A stretch of DNA of 63,706 nt, counting the filler, from Pelomyxa schiedti (Eukaryota > Protista > Evosea): the NCBI GenBank assembly GCA_020536535.1. It is 6 parts of 6 records of this genome, joined end to end, with 100 filler letters (N's around TTAATTAATTAA, not from the genome) between each part and the next. Parts side by side here need not be neighbours in the genome. Positions count along the whole stretch, not along the records: positions 20,949 to 31,351 come from JAHLWZ010001267.1; positions 31,452 to 32,943 come from JAHLWZ010002466.1; positions 33,044 to 61,509 come from JAHLWZ010000376.1; 3 more parts are not named here. One strand, given 5' to 3'. This document shows positions 23,920 to 36,071 of the stretch, in pieces. The notes under the pieces are model-generated. The model made no database searches and was not told the DNA's origin. It saw nothing but the letters and a program-made list of their open reading frames with translations. Numbering within the stretch: the first letter of the stretch is position 1; each line of letters starts with the position of its first letter. The position numbers and the translations under genes were made by a program.

Positions 23920-24312
23920 ATAAAACACATTTATAATTGGTACTGACAAAATATTCCTCAGTTGCCCAGTCTTCAAACTGGAAAGAGTTAACAAACAACA
24001 CCACAGTCATTAGTAGAGCAGTCATCTGTGATATATGTGGTCTTTGTGAGGGAGAGGGCTGAACAACGTTGTTGTTCTGTTATGTTTGCTAAAACCCCAC
24101 GAAGTCTCAACTATGTAATTAGTTGGACAACTTGGCCCAACCATCACGAGTGCCGTGAGAAACGCTTCACCATCACTCCTCACACATCAAAAAGCGCCAG
24201 GGTTTTTAATGAACTTTGAATTTCTGGGAACCATAAAAGTTGGTTGAATTCCTTGCTTCCATTGGGAAGTAGCTGTTGAGAGTCCCTTACTGGTATCAAA
24301 TTATCGGAAATC

Positions 24313-25499
24313 ATGTCCGGGGAGCCAGAGGACCTCGACGGGTTCCTCGAGAGTGCCCTGCGCGAATACGAGAGCAACACTTCGTCTACCACCCCAACCA
24401 CTCAAGCGCAACCGCCACCACCAACAGATCCAAATCCACCACAACAACCACCGCAAACAAATGTACCCGCAACCACAACCGCGAGTGTTGGCAGCACAAC
24501 CACGGTGGTCACGGTCACGGGAGGGGGGGTTGCTGAGCCACAGCCCACAGCAGGGGGCGGCGACACTACGCCAACGAGCACCGGCACTGGTACGTGCGTG
24601 CACACTGCGTGTGTGTGAGTTGGCGGTGTTGTTGGTGGTGTTGATTTTTTGTGTCCGTGTGTTTTCACCTCACATTTTTGTAGCAGCTACTAGTGATTTG
24701 CTGACGAGCTTGCAGTCACTGTCGGAGGAGATCAAAAGAATGGTATGTGAAAGCGCAACTTGCCTACTGTATTGCAAAATATTGATTATGAGTTTATTGG
24801 CCTATCGCTAGGATACCAACATACCGGTCCTAAGTGAGGACGATGGTTCCATTGATGAGTTTTTCAATCAGGAATTTGGAAGCGTTGAGGATCCTGAAGT
24901 TCAAGCGGCACTCGTTGAGGTTATCAGTTTTCCTGGTTTTTTTTTTTTTTTTTTGTGAGTGGCGTTCTGGAATAACGATGGACACAATATATGATGTAGA
25001 ATCCCAACTAATACTAAAGATTCCTTCACTCAGTTGTTCAAACCATTTGTGTCAAAGCAACTATTGTATCCGCCAATGTTACAACTGAAAGAGAAGGTAC
25101 CTTGTTTTCCTCCTCTCCAAATATATATTCGTCAACCAGTAGATGCCAAGCTGGATTGAAAAAAATGCATCCAAGCTCAGCCCTGAGAATTTGCAAAAAT
25201 ACAGGCGGCAGCAGCAGTGCATTAACGAGGCATTTATATTAATTTGACCACAATTTATACTAACATCACAAGATATGCACCATTTTTGAGAGCAAGGAGA
25301 ACCCTGATGGAGATGAGGACCTATTATCCATAGTACAACTTCTCCAAGAGGTACAACTTTTGTATTACCCATGGCCATTGTTTTATTGCCAAACCAGATG
25401 GGCCAACCACCAGCCGAGTTGGCAGCGTCCATATCCGACACAACCCCATTACCTCAACTACCCTCCACAAAATCCAGTGACCCTTGCGCAATGATGTGA
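24313..25499 (+). CDS. PEX19: Peroxin 19, copy 2
   Basis: EDLDGFLESAL, VSKQLLYPPMLQLKEK, QEMGQPP, CaaX CAMM*. Confidence 0.85.
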
Positions 25500-25676
25500 C
25501 ACTATTTTCTTGAACACATGTTCAAGAACAAGTGTTATGCTCTTTCATATTTTGAGAGTTAGTTTAGTGGAGTGAGAACCTGTTTTCTTACCTATTTTCC
25601 AACTCCCCAAAACAAGGAACCGTAGCATCACAACAAGGTCTTTGACGATAGCTGGATTCGCCGAACCATCACAAGC

Positions 25677-26100
25677 AATGCATCGATCACAACCACTCCC
25701 CACCAGTCCCAGCCCCAGCTGCGGCCCCGCAAGACCTCATGGACGACGGCGAGGGCACCTACACCGGCACGCTCCTCGGCGAGTGGAGGGAGAAAGACGG
25801 GGTTGGTTCGAGGGCCTGTGGCGGGACAACAACTGGAAGAGGGGGGCGTGGCATGACTCAAACGGCGTGGATGTGTACGAGGGCGAGTGGCACAGGAAGA
25901 TGAGTTTGACCATGACAAGAAGACAGGCACTGGGAGAATGAACTGACAAACACTTTCAAGAACTGTTTGGTGAAAGGTGTTTCTATGGGGAAAATGGTGG
26001 GAGCTACGTGGGGCAATGGCTGGATGATAAGAATTACTTCAACCTTATGAGTGACACAATCAAAAAAAAAAGGTAATGAAAGAGAAGGAAGCCCTGCAAC
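25677..26100 (+). pseudogene. Degenerate MORN-repeat gene remnant
   Basis: Fragments VDVYEGEW, GSYVGQWLDDK and GTYTG..GEW, with frameshifts and stops. Confidence 0.5.
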
Positions 26101-26740
26101 AGGAAAACATCACCAAAACAGGAGAGTGTGGACTGACTGAACACAGCCTTTGCACTTTCCAAACATAATAAACCAGGTGGTGTTGTGGATATAATGGAAG
26201 CATCGGTGGCGTTATGATCTCCAGCAGTTTGGCACCACTGGTGTGTCTATTTCTGTGTCAACAGCTGGTCATTTATTTTAAGAGTTGTGGTGTGTGTGGG
26301 TGGCCCAGAGAATATCATCCAAAAGAGAAGAACCAGAGAAGAACCTCACTTGGTGGGGATGGTGGACGTGATGGGATGCGGAGGTTTTGTCATGATGAAC
26401 AATGTCGCAGTTGCGATAGACCTCATGACACTCTGTGCACTGGTTCTTGGCTGCCCAGAAGAAACAAACATGCTTCCACTGGCCGTGTCAGAGATTGGGT
26501 TTGCAATGTATTGGCGTGGTACCTTGGTTGTGGCCTCAGGAAGTAACTCAAGGCATTTGTTCACTTTGTGCCTCACTGTTCCACTCCATTCTCGGCTTGA
26601 ATTGAAAAGTGCTCTCTGAAATTAATTAATATTAAAGAATAATATTAATATTATTATTATTAATATTTTAATTGTTTTAGTTAATCCCGTGGTACTTTTT
26701 GGTAGTAAATAGATTTACCATTTATTAATTACAATATTTT

Positions 26741-26953
26741 TTAAAGATGCATAATCAGGCACACACTTTCCAAAGAGAGTTGGTTCGCCCACACTGATAC
26801 CTGCCCCAAAAAAAGAAAGAGTGACCTGAGATGACAGAAGAGAGCATAATACCAAAACCGGGAAGTCTGCTGAACACGGCTAAGTGATTGAATGTCAAGG
26901 AACTCCATCACACCAGTGATTTCTGTGTTGTATTGAACCATCATCTGTGTCAT
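26741..26953 (-). pseudogene. Short F-box-like fragment
   Basis: VMEFLDIQSLSRVQQTSRFWY, then runs into an AT-rich block. Confidence 0.35.
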
Positions 26954-27166
26954 GTCAAATCTGCAAAGAAAATGTCAAACAGTTATCAACAAGGAAACTG
27001 TGCATACTGTGTCTCTGCACCGGGTGCGAATTCAGTTTGTGAATGAATGGGAGGAAGGTCAAAGGGAGTTGAACCCCGAAGTTCATAGTTCCACTTCACC
27101 GCTGGAAGGGATTTCCGGAAGGTCTGAATCGTGGCAATGTGTTTGTCCCAAGTTCCTTTTGAATTG

Positions 27167-28510
27167 TCAGTTTATAATTTGGGAATTCAACAAACCATCA
27201 ATGTAAGCCTCCAGAGAGAATGCAGAGTCCGCAATCCTGTTACAAAAGGCCAGAGGGAGAACACCACCGTGCCTGGCCATCTCCTTCACCACTTCCTTTT
27301 GCTCCGATGCAACTGCCATCACAATTGGAGTCCTCAGTTCTTCTGGAAAGTCACACCACGTTGGATTTCTCCTGCACTGAATGTTCGGATCGGCACCGAA
27401 GGAAAGAGCTTCCAGTGCACTCTCTGTGTCACCCTTGATTGTGGCCTTGTACAACACAGTGTCTCCTGTCTTTGGTGAAATCTCGTCAATTGACTGCACG
27501 AACTTTGGGTGCTTTGTGATTAGTGCTCTGCACTTCTTTGGTGCATGGAAGTATGCAGCAGCCAATCCACGGCTGAAAACCCCACAGAGGTGATTGAGAA
27601 CCTCCTCACTGTGCGCTGGCCAATACTTTTCGTTGGCAGAACGGACGAAATACAAAATGGGCCACCTGGAGTCCATTGCCTGAATGACACTCTCACCCCA
27701 TTTTGGGTTCGCCAGCATCTTCACCATTTGGCGATACACCTGCCGATGAGGATACTCGTACAACGCCAATTCAAGCGGAGTCCTGTGGAGCACCTCCATT
27801 CCCACAAGTTTCAACCTCACGGCCTCATCCACTCCGGACATAATCGCATCAACGCAGTCCACCACAGCACAGCTCACAGCCAAATGCAGAATATTGATAT
27901 TTATCTCTGGCGAAAAGCAGTAGCTCCACATGGGGCCCATCAAATTGACACCGCCAACCCCAGCGGCGCCCCACCTTCCCATAAGTCTCCTCACCACTTC
28001 GCCGTGGCCATTAGCAACAGCCAGCATCAACGGCGTCCTTTTCGACGAGCCAACCCCATAATTCACCATATAATCCGCCGCCGCGACTGTGCAGTGTTTC
28101 CCGGCCACGGTGCCGGAGATGGTGCCCCTTGGCACCCACGCCTCGAGCACCGCGTCCATCTCCTCCACGTGCCCCAGCACGGCGCACACGTGCACCACGG
28201 TGTACCAGTGGGTGTAGTAGCCGGGCCAGCCAGCGGGCGGGTACAGTGGGCGCAGATCGTTCCACTGGACTTGGTTGCAGTCGTCGAGCTCGTGGCCCGG
28301 GGGGACTGCGGCGGCGAGGCGGGCCACGTCGCGGGGGCGGCCCGACGCGGCGGCGCTCACGAGGCTGTGCTTGGCGGCGAGGTGCAGGAAGCGCTGCTGG
28401 AACAGGTGGTACATCACCGCCCTCTTTTCAGGGGGCGACTCTTTCTTCAAGTCGTCGGCCAATGTCAGAGGGCTGTACAAGTCCAGGTTAGCCGACGATC
28501 CTTGCCCCAT
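27167..28510 (-). CDS. Intronless ankyrin-repeat protein, possibly N-myristoylated
   Basis: TPLMLAVANGHGEVVRRLM, TPLELAL, GDTVLYKATIKGD..GADPN; starts MGQGSS. Confidence 0.88.
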   Translation of the reverse strand: MGQGSSANLDLYSPLTLADDLKKESPPEKRAVMYHLFQQRFLHLAAKHSLVSAAASGRPRDVARLAAAVPPGHELDDCNQVQWNDLRPLYPPAGWPGYYTHWYTVVHVCAVLGHVEEMDAVLEAWVPRGTISGTVAGKHCTVAAADYMVNYGVGSSKRTPLMLAVANGHGEVVRRLMGRWGAAGVGGVNLMGPMWSYCFSPEININILHLAVSCAVVDCVDAIMSGVDEAVRLKLVGMEVLHRTPLELALYEYPHRQVYRQMVKMLANPKWGESVIQAMDSRWPILYFVRSANEKYWPAHSEEVLNHLCGVFSRGLAAAYFHAPKKCRALITKHPKFVQSIDEISPKTGDTVLYKATIKGDTESALEALSFGADPNIQCRRNPTWCDFPEELRTPIVMAVASEQKEVVKEMARHGGVLPLAFCNRIADSAFSLEAYIDGLLNSQIIN

Positions 28511-28699
28511 TGTTAAACGATTTAGCCGAAAGGAGAAGATCAAGCCGATGCTCTTTTTGATCTAGATGCCTCAGGAGTAGATGGATCACCAATCCAACAC
28601 AAACACAGCCTATGATGTTTGCTCTGAGATGGCACACGTGTAAACAACAAACCAACCAGCGCTGAAGAGGGAGAGGGGGTTCTGAATGTGGGTTCTGGG

Positions 28700-30941
28700 A
28701 ATGTGAAAGGGGCCCTTGAAGCTACAAACGGTAACTAACACCACTTGGCAGAATAAAAAAAACACCAGACCGCCGATCCTCAGGAAATGAAGCACCATAA
28801 CTGGTCAATTTGGACAATTCTATTACAGAAGTGGGTGAGCACATCAAAGAAATCACAGCACACAACTCACTAATAACGCAGCACTTCCTCAGGTAGTGAG
28901 GAAGTGCCCACACTGCCGATCACCAATACAAAACAAACAGAACCTATACAGTTGAAACAATTACATTGAACCACAAAAAAAATTGAACACTTTCATCGTT
29001 GGATGTGGCTGCATCATCACCATCAAACAGCCCAAATTGGGTTTCATCAGCGATGATTCGAGGAAAAATAAAACACAGTAAGAGAGTCAACTCCCTCTTC
29101 TAGTATGTACACTACGAAATTGTTGGTTGCATTTATTTACAAAACTATAACAAAGGTTTGACATTGGCAGGGTAATGTCGAAATGTTTATTGAAGTACCA
29201 GAATTAAACCTCTGGCTTTCCAGAGATAATAAAGACTCATATTTTTAGGTTTCAGAGATAACGTTTAGCCCAAGAGGAGCAGACATAGGACTGTTCAATG
29301 TTGGAAAAAGAACTGGTAAAGTTTGGGAAAGGAACTGTGAGAACCTGTGATTGAGAAGATAAGAGTCATAGTTATTTGTGGTGTTTACCTCAGAAGGATA
29401 TAAAAAATAGGGGTTCACAATTGCTCCATCCTCACGTTCTTGGTGGTGAGAATGTTTACAGCCCGGTGTCCCCTTGTGGGTTTTATTTTAGGGTTATTCA
29501 GGTTACAATAGATGTTACCAGATACATTGGTGTGTTTGCCTGTTGAGAATACAAATAAATTTGAGCATACACAACTACAACAGAACTTACCCCACAACAA
29601 GACCAAGAAGAGCAGGAGTGACCATACCCATCATACTCCCCAGGGTGATTAAGGCAGCTCGATTCAGTGTTCCGTGATTGAAAGAAGAAAGCCTGCTGAA
29701 GAAGTCAAACCATCGTTGCCAAAAAACCAAAAAAAAAAAGAAAAATGTGACACATTGCAATTCCTGCATTGTTTCATTCCAGAAAATCTACCTCTCATCA
29801 AATTTAGATTGTCTAAATTGTTCGACGCACACCTTACTTCAGCTGCATCAGTTCGAAAGAAAAGAGATTTTACATATGGCATATTTTCCAGTGCACATGA
29901 AATCGAGTCCTGATGCGGTGTTAATAAAGCGAACTCCTTTAGGAAGAAGAACTTGGTCGATGTTCGGGGCTGAGTTTATTTGAACCACTTCAACATTGCG
30001 ACCATAGGAGGCAGAAAAAGCAATCAAACCACGTCCTGTGATATATTCTCCGTCAACGTGAAGCTCCTTTACAGCGGGAAACAATTGCCCAAAAGTACTT
30101 CAGAGAATAAACGATAGGAGTAACAGAGGGAATACAGACAGAAGGGCATTGTCAGTAAAAGCGTAGTTCGCAAGGAATACTCTTTTCACTTGGGAGAATC
30201 TACTCGGCGCGCGTTGCATGCCTGAGAGTAATTCCTGTAGTGCTGAACAGTTGTTACTAGGATGGTGAAATATACTACGGGAGTGTTCATCAGGAAAAAA
30301 AAAAGTGAAAGTAAGTGTTATTGGTCCCTGGACGCTGAGCTTCACACCTAGGGAACCTGAAAGTGACCACACGGTCTGTATCCTTATCACGAAGCTCATC
30401 GTCCTCCTCGGCGGCTAAAAATGCATTACTATTACACCACATATTACTCCTCCAACCTTCCAATTACTACTAATAACCAAGCATGCTAGTTAGTACAAGT
30501 ACCAGTCTCCAGTAAATCTACCATCTCACCGCCGGTAGATTCTATGGAACCAGACTCGGAACCATTGCTCCCATAATCCTCCGGCACCGGATCGCCCGCG
30601 CACAGCATCGCTCGCGCCCTCTTGATTTGCGACCACGCGGTCGTCCTGGCGGGTACCACCAGGGTGGTGGGCCACACGCAGGCCTCCCGCGACGCGGCCC
30701 ATGCGCCCCGGCACGTGGCCGCTGCCCGCGCCGTGTCCACCCACGACCACCACCACCCCCGCCGCCGGCGCCCTTCCTCCTGTGCCAGCGACAGCAGCAC
30801 CGACTCGGAGTCGTTCCTGGGGCGGCGCGGGGCACCACGAGGAGGGGACGCGGCCGCCTGACGCCCCAGGAATGACAGGATCAGACCAGCAAGGTGCCTG
30901 TCGCCAAAAACAACCCCCGCTGGGCTCGCTGCCGTAGCCAT
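28700..30941 (-). CDS. Multi-exon F-box-like/LRR-like protein (3' end uncertain)
   Basis: HLAGLILSFLG...ARAAATCRGAW N-terminus; FPAVKELHVDGEYITGRGL; many short GT-AG introns. Confidence 0.45.
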
Positions 30942-31451
30942 GACAAAATATTTCGATTTTGTGGAAAAAAGAAAAGTTGTCAGACAGCTTGTCCGGCTGG
31001 ACCGAGTCCCTTGTATGCAGCACTTTCACTGGAGATATCCAATGGGGAGTGCACTTCTAGACCCCCCCCCCTTCGAAAAATTCGAATGTAAATAAAGTTG
31101 TGTTGTTTAGCGGGTTAGGCTAGAAGACAGTGAGGAGGAGGATTCTTTGCTGGCAGTACAGAGATCCCAATTTCTGAGCACAGTGCCACCTGATATTGCA
31201 TTCCAAAGAGCACAGTGTAGCTTCTTTCCCATTCACAGGGTTTGTGCACTAGCCTCAACCAAAGAAAGCTTGCACCACATACAAGCTCGTTTCACCTTTG
31301 GCCAAGAACACCAAGCATCGTGGATGCATTCTTGGGATGTTGTATTGGCTTNNNNNNNNNNNNNNNNNNNNNNNNNNNNNNNNNNNNNNNNNNNNTTAAT
31401 TAATTAANNNNNNNNNNNNNNNNNNNNNNNNNNNNNNNNNNNNNNNNNNNN

Positions 31452-32943
31452 TGAACTTCCCTCTTAATCATTTAAGATCCAACTTCGTTACTTTCACAAG
31501 CTCATGTACCTACTGCTATTGAACTTGAAGCTCTGCAGCAAATTATATTCCATAATCGGACACATCCACTTGACGATGACCTCTCTTTGGAACAGAAGCA
31601 ACTAGTTTGGTCTTTACGGCGCCATATGAGGCACCACTACCCTTCTACTCTGCCCCTTGTTCTCCGCTGTGCAGATTGGCGCATTCCCTCATGTAGACAT
31701 GAGGCTCTGAAGTAAGGGCACTATCGTAAAAATTAATACCACTCTCACCAAAAAAAGTTTGCTGGAATCTTGGGGCAGTCTCCGACCAATGGATTCTTTG
31801 AATGTACTCTTTTATGCAAGACTATTCCCACCAGCTCATAATTGTTGTGCAGCTTCTGGATAGGACTTTCCCTGATCGTGGTATTCGAGAATATTCAGTT
31901 CGGTGTTTATCGGCACTATCTGATGATGAGTTAAGTGATGTTCTTTTACCTCTCGTCCAAGTGTGTAGTCAATGACTCAAGCATTAACTGATTGCCGTAG
32001 GCAATTAAATTTGAGCTGTACCATTACAATGCCCTTGTAAGGTTTTTGGTGATGCGTGGACTGAGAAATAAACTCATGATAGGGAGTGCACTTTTTTGGT
32101 ATTTGCAAGTAGCGTTTCTATCTTTTGAAACCCCAGAACTAACAAAAAACCAGTCCGAACTTCACTTAGACGAATTCCAAACTCGTTATGGCTTGATTGT
32201 ATCTGCTTATGTTTGGGGTAAAACTCCAACGTTCTTTTATTTTTTCTCACCAACTTAGGGTGTGGACAGGTTCTCTTGTATTCACCCTGTATTCAACTAA
32301 CTCTCAATTCAGGAAAAGACTGAATTGTCTTTGCAAGCCACCTTTGTTCACCAATTAGAGAAAGCGAAAGCAAAAATTAATGACAATCCCGAAAGAGATT
32401 TAGCTACACATTTGGCGAATCTCAAAGTTTTTGAACAAACTTTCTCTCTTCCAAGTTCACCCAAGTAACCCCCACTTAAACTTGTATGCCCGCTTTACTA
32501 ATGGTATGAAGGATAATAACACATGGAGCAGTTTTAGACAAATGTCATAGCATGAGTTCACATCAGGTTGTTTTTGTTCTTTTTGCCGCGTTGTAACTGT
32601 AATCTCAGGCCCCACTTTGGATCGTCTTGAAAAATGCAGATCCTTGCCCAGCCCCGAATGTCCCCGTCATCTTCAAGTCAGGTACTATGAAGTTACCGAC
32701 TTGATTTCGTTTTATTATTCAATAGGTGATGACTTGAGGCAGGATTGTTTAACACTTCATGCTCTCAACATAATGGACAAAGTACAAAATTCCTGCCGTT
32801 TATTCTTATTTCTCATTTGTTACTAGATATGGAAAGAAGCAGGGTTGGACCTTCGGCTCTCCATCTACAAAGTGATCCCTACAGGTATTCTTACTTCCCT
32901 TTTGATATCACTGAACGTTCGTCAGGTGCTTCTTCAGGATTCA
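31452..32943 (+). CDS. Phosphoinositide 3-kinase (helical + catalytic domains), partial
   Basis: FPDRGIREYSVRCL, LSDDELSDVLLPLVQ-AIKFE, LFWYL, GDDLRQDCLTL, IWKEAGLDLRL. Confidence 0.9.
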
Positions 32944-33043
32944 NNNNNNNNNNNNNNNNNNNNNNNNNNNNNNNNNNNNNNNNNNNNTTAATTAATTAAN
33001 NNNNNNNNNNNNNNNNNNNNNNNNNNNNNNNNNNNNNNNNNNN

Positions 33044-33962
33044 GATCCTCCATGCTGACTCCAAGCCAGAACAGTAACCCTGCCTGTAATCTCTTCAATT
33101 TGAGCAACAGAGGTATTGGCATCTGACTTGTAACACAGGATAAATGAATGGGCACCATCCTGCCGAGTGAGAAGCAGGCAACTTGACATGTGAAATCCAT
33201 TTTTAACAATCTGTTCAGCTGCAATCGTAGTGGAGCTAAATTCAGCAAATTGCGAAGTGCTCCATGACTGTTTGATATTGAATACACACCAGCGACCCTG
33301 TCATATGGGTGGGTGAGATAAGCTGTGTGAGAGTGCCCACCAATAAAAAGGGGTGTGAGAGACAAATGGGTCCACCAGTGTTCACGAACCAACCACTTGC
33401 CATTCACGAAGTAGCCACTGTCATTCAAAGGTACTCCTGATCCAAGAAGCTCGCCAGAAAATCCCCCAACTGCATAACTGCTGCTGTTGGTTGTAAGGAT
33501 AGTGCTTTTGTTGACACACAGCAGATGCCACTTGGGCCTTGGATGTTTCCAGCAGCACACATCCGACGTGATTGCCCCAGTCAGTTGTGACGCCTCGAAT
33601 GTGACCAAATTAGCTCTGCTGTGACTCTTCTTTGACACTCCCTTCATGAATATCTTGAGGCAGAAGAGCCTTATTGGAGTTTCATTCACCCAGTCCCAGA
33701 CCACTCTGATTGCCAAATCCCACAATGGTCCTGCTTCTGTTCTCACTGATGACAATGACGACGCTGTGAACAACTGTGGAGGACTGCATCTCAGACTACC
33801 ACAGCGAGGGTGGGATCCCATAATCAGTGCAGCGAACTGGTCTCGCAGGTGCACGCACTTAGTTATCACAAGGGGTATTCCAGGTACAATTGGGGGATTT
33901 TCTAATGCAACAATCAGTTGTCGTCGTAGTTGGGATGACGAGGGCAGGGAAGAACGCACCCA
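33044..33962 (-). CDS. Lineage-expanded hypothetical protein (RDQFAALIMGSHPRCG family), probably frameshifted and truncated
   Basis: Paralogous to the adjacent gene (TGAITS, YFVNGKWLV); C-terminal homology shifts frame near 33200. Confidence 0.55.
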
Positions 33963-34127
33963 TTATCGAGTTTGGATTTCTTCTGTAAGTACTTACCACC
34001 GATGTTGTCGACAACACCACACCGCCACTTGTATTTTTTTATTTGCTTTTGGGGAACGCGCCATTAATTAATTGTTGTCTTTTCCCCAATCAATAGATGA
34101 AACTTTTGAATTCTTAGCCACTAGGTT

Positions 34128-35887
34128 TCATGTCAGCAGTGAAAAGTGATAAACACTAGCCCTGTATGGGAGGGTGAAGCAGAGGATGGGTGGGCCTGAC
34201 GATGAGGGGTCAGTGACCTGAACTACATGGTTTCCAGAGAGTTGTGCAGTTCTGACAGTGAATAGGAGGCCACCTTCAGCAAATAAGCTCTCAACAGCAA
34301 TGGGTTGCTCTAACTCAATGGACCTAAGTGCCCCACTTGTGTTGTTGCAGTCCCAAATGTCACACCACATTGTGAGCGCACGCTCTTTCCTTCCACTTCT
34401 CCCACTAATTACACAAAACGTTGAACCACTCAGTTGGTGAATGCCATCAATTACCTCTCGAGGGTGGTGGTAGACCAGAGGAATAGCTGTGCCTGTTCCC
34501 TCTGCAATTATGGTAACAGAGGCATCTGGTCCTGTCTTCACACCCATGATAAAACAACGATCACCACTCTGCTGGGTGAGAAGCAATAAATCTGTATAGC
34601 GCCACTGCTGAGTGTGCCACTTAGTTGTGGTTGAACTCAGTTCAATGAATTGCCCTGAAGCCCACGACCGAGCAATGTCCAACACAATAAGCTTGGTTCC
34701 AAATCCAGAATTTAGACCAAAGAAGTACTGGAAGTTACCTACTACTGCTTCATCAGGCATTGCATGGTTGCTAGACAATCGAACATGAGAAAACCAAAAG
34801 GAATCGGTAACACGGAGGTGCTCACGTCTCTGCCCACCAATCCAAAGGGGTGTTATGTCCAGCACTCCTCGGTATTCAGTCACCAGCCACTTGCCATTCA
34901 CAAAGTAAGATCCTGTGTTTTTGTCCCAAGTGTGCAGTTCATCACCCGAGTTTGTTTTCCTGACTTCAAACTTGCGGGAGTTCTTGCTCAGGTCGGAGGC
35001 ATACAGAACTGTGCTGCTGTTGGCACACAGAACATGCCACCTTGGCCTTGGGTCTCTCCAGCACTGAACAGATGTGATTGCCCCAGTCAGTAGTGACACT
35101 CCAAACGTGATCAAAGTGGCTGGAGTCAGTGTGTTCTTTGGAGCACCCTTCTGGGTGAAATTGAGGAAGAACTGCCTTGTATGGGCTTCAGTCACCCAGT
35201 CCCACACCACTCTGATTGCCAATGGGCCTGTTTCCACCAATGACTGAGAACAATCGGTGCGATTCAACTTCTGCAACGTCCCACCACAACGAAGGTGGGT
35301 TCCCATAAGCAGGGCCACGAATTGGTCGCGCAGTATCACTTGCTGCGACAGCACCGCAACGTCAGGAATAGTTGCAGGCACACCCAGCTTTTTTGGTGGC
35401 TTTGCTGGGTGGCGTGAGGGTGCTGATGGTGGACACACTGAGTGTTGTGACTGAGAAGGCAGTGGAATTGGGGGTGAGCTCGAACTGCTTTTTGTTGTGT
35501 CACCCATGGGGAGTGCGGTAACTGNNNNNNNNNNNNNNNNNNNNNNNNNNNNNNNNNNNNNNNNNNNNNNNNNNNNNNNNNNNNNNNNNNNNNNNNNNNN
35601 NNNNNNNNNNNNNNNNNNNNNNNNGCTGGGTGGCGTGAGGGTGCTGATGGTGGACACACTGAGTGTTGTGACTGAGAAGGCAGTGGAATTGGGGGTGAGC
35701 TCGAACTGCTTTTTGTTGTGTCACCCATGGGGAGTGCGGTAACTGGTGTCGTTGACAACTGTGGGGAATGAGCTGCTTCAGGTGGGCCCGTTACTCTGTG
35801 TTCTTCTTGAGACACTTTTAGATGACCATTATTGCTGTTGCTACTTTGAGTGTCGCAACCGAGCGCAGTTGTGTTGAGCATCACCAA
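34128..35887 (-). CDS. Lineage-expanded intronless hypothetical protein (RDQFVALLMGTHLRCG family)
   Basis: Long ORF spanning the N100 gap at 35525-35624, whose flanks are duplicated. Confidence 0.7.
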
Positions 35888-36071
35888 ACGGAAGAATAAA
35901 TCTGACGAGAATGTGTTTTGCGAAGAGCGACCTGTGCACCTTTCACACCACGGAAATTCTGGCGCATTGGCGCATCGTGAGTGTCCCGTGTTTTAGACTG
36001 GCGACAGAAAATTCCCCAAGCTCCAGCTAGCTGGTCACCCAATCAGCACGAGGAAAATTACCAAAAAGGCG

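Noticed and set aside
26620-26745. AT-rich block as another MITE
   Set aside because: No convincing TIR or TSD.
35404-35744. ~120-bp direct repeat around the N100 gap
   Set aside because: Identical overlap of two contig ends; scaffolding artefact.
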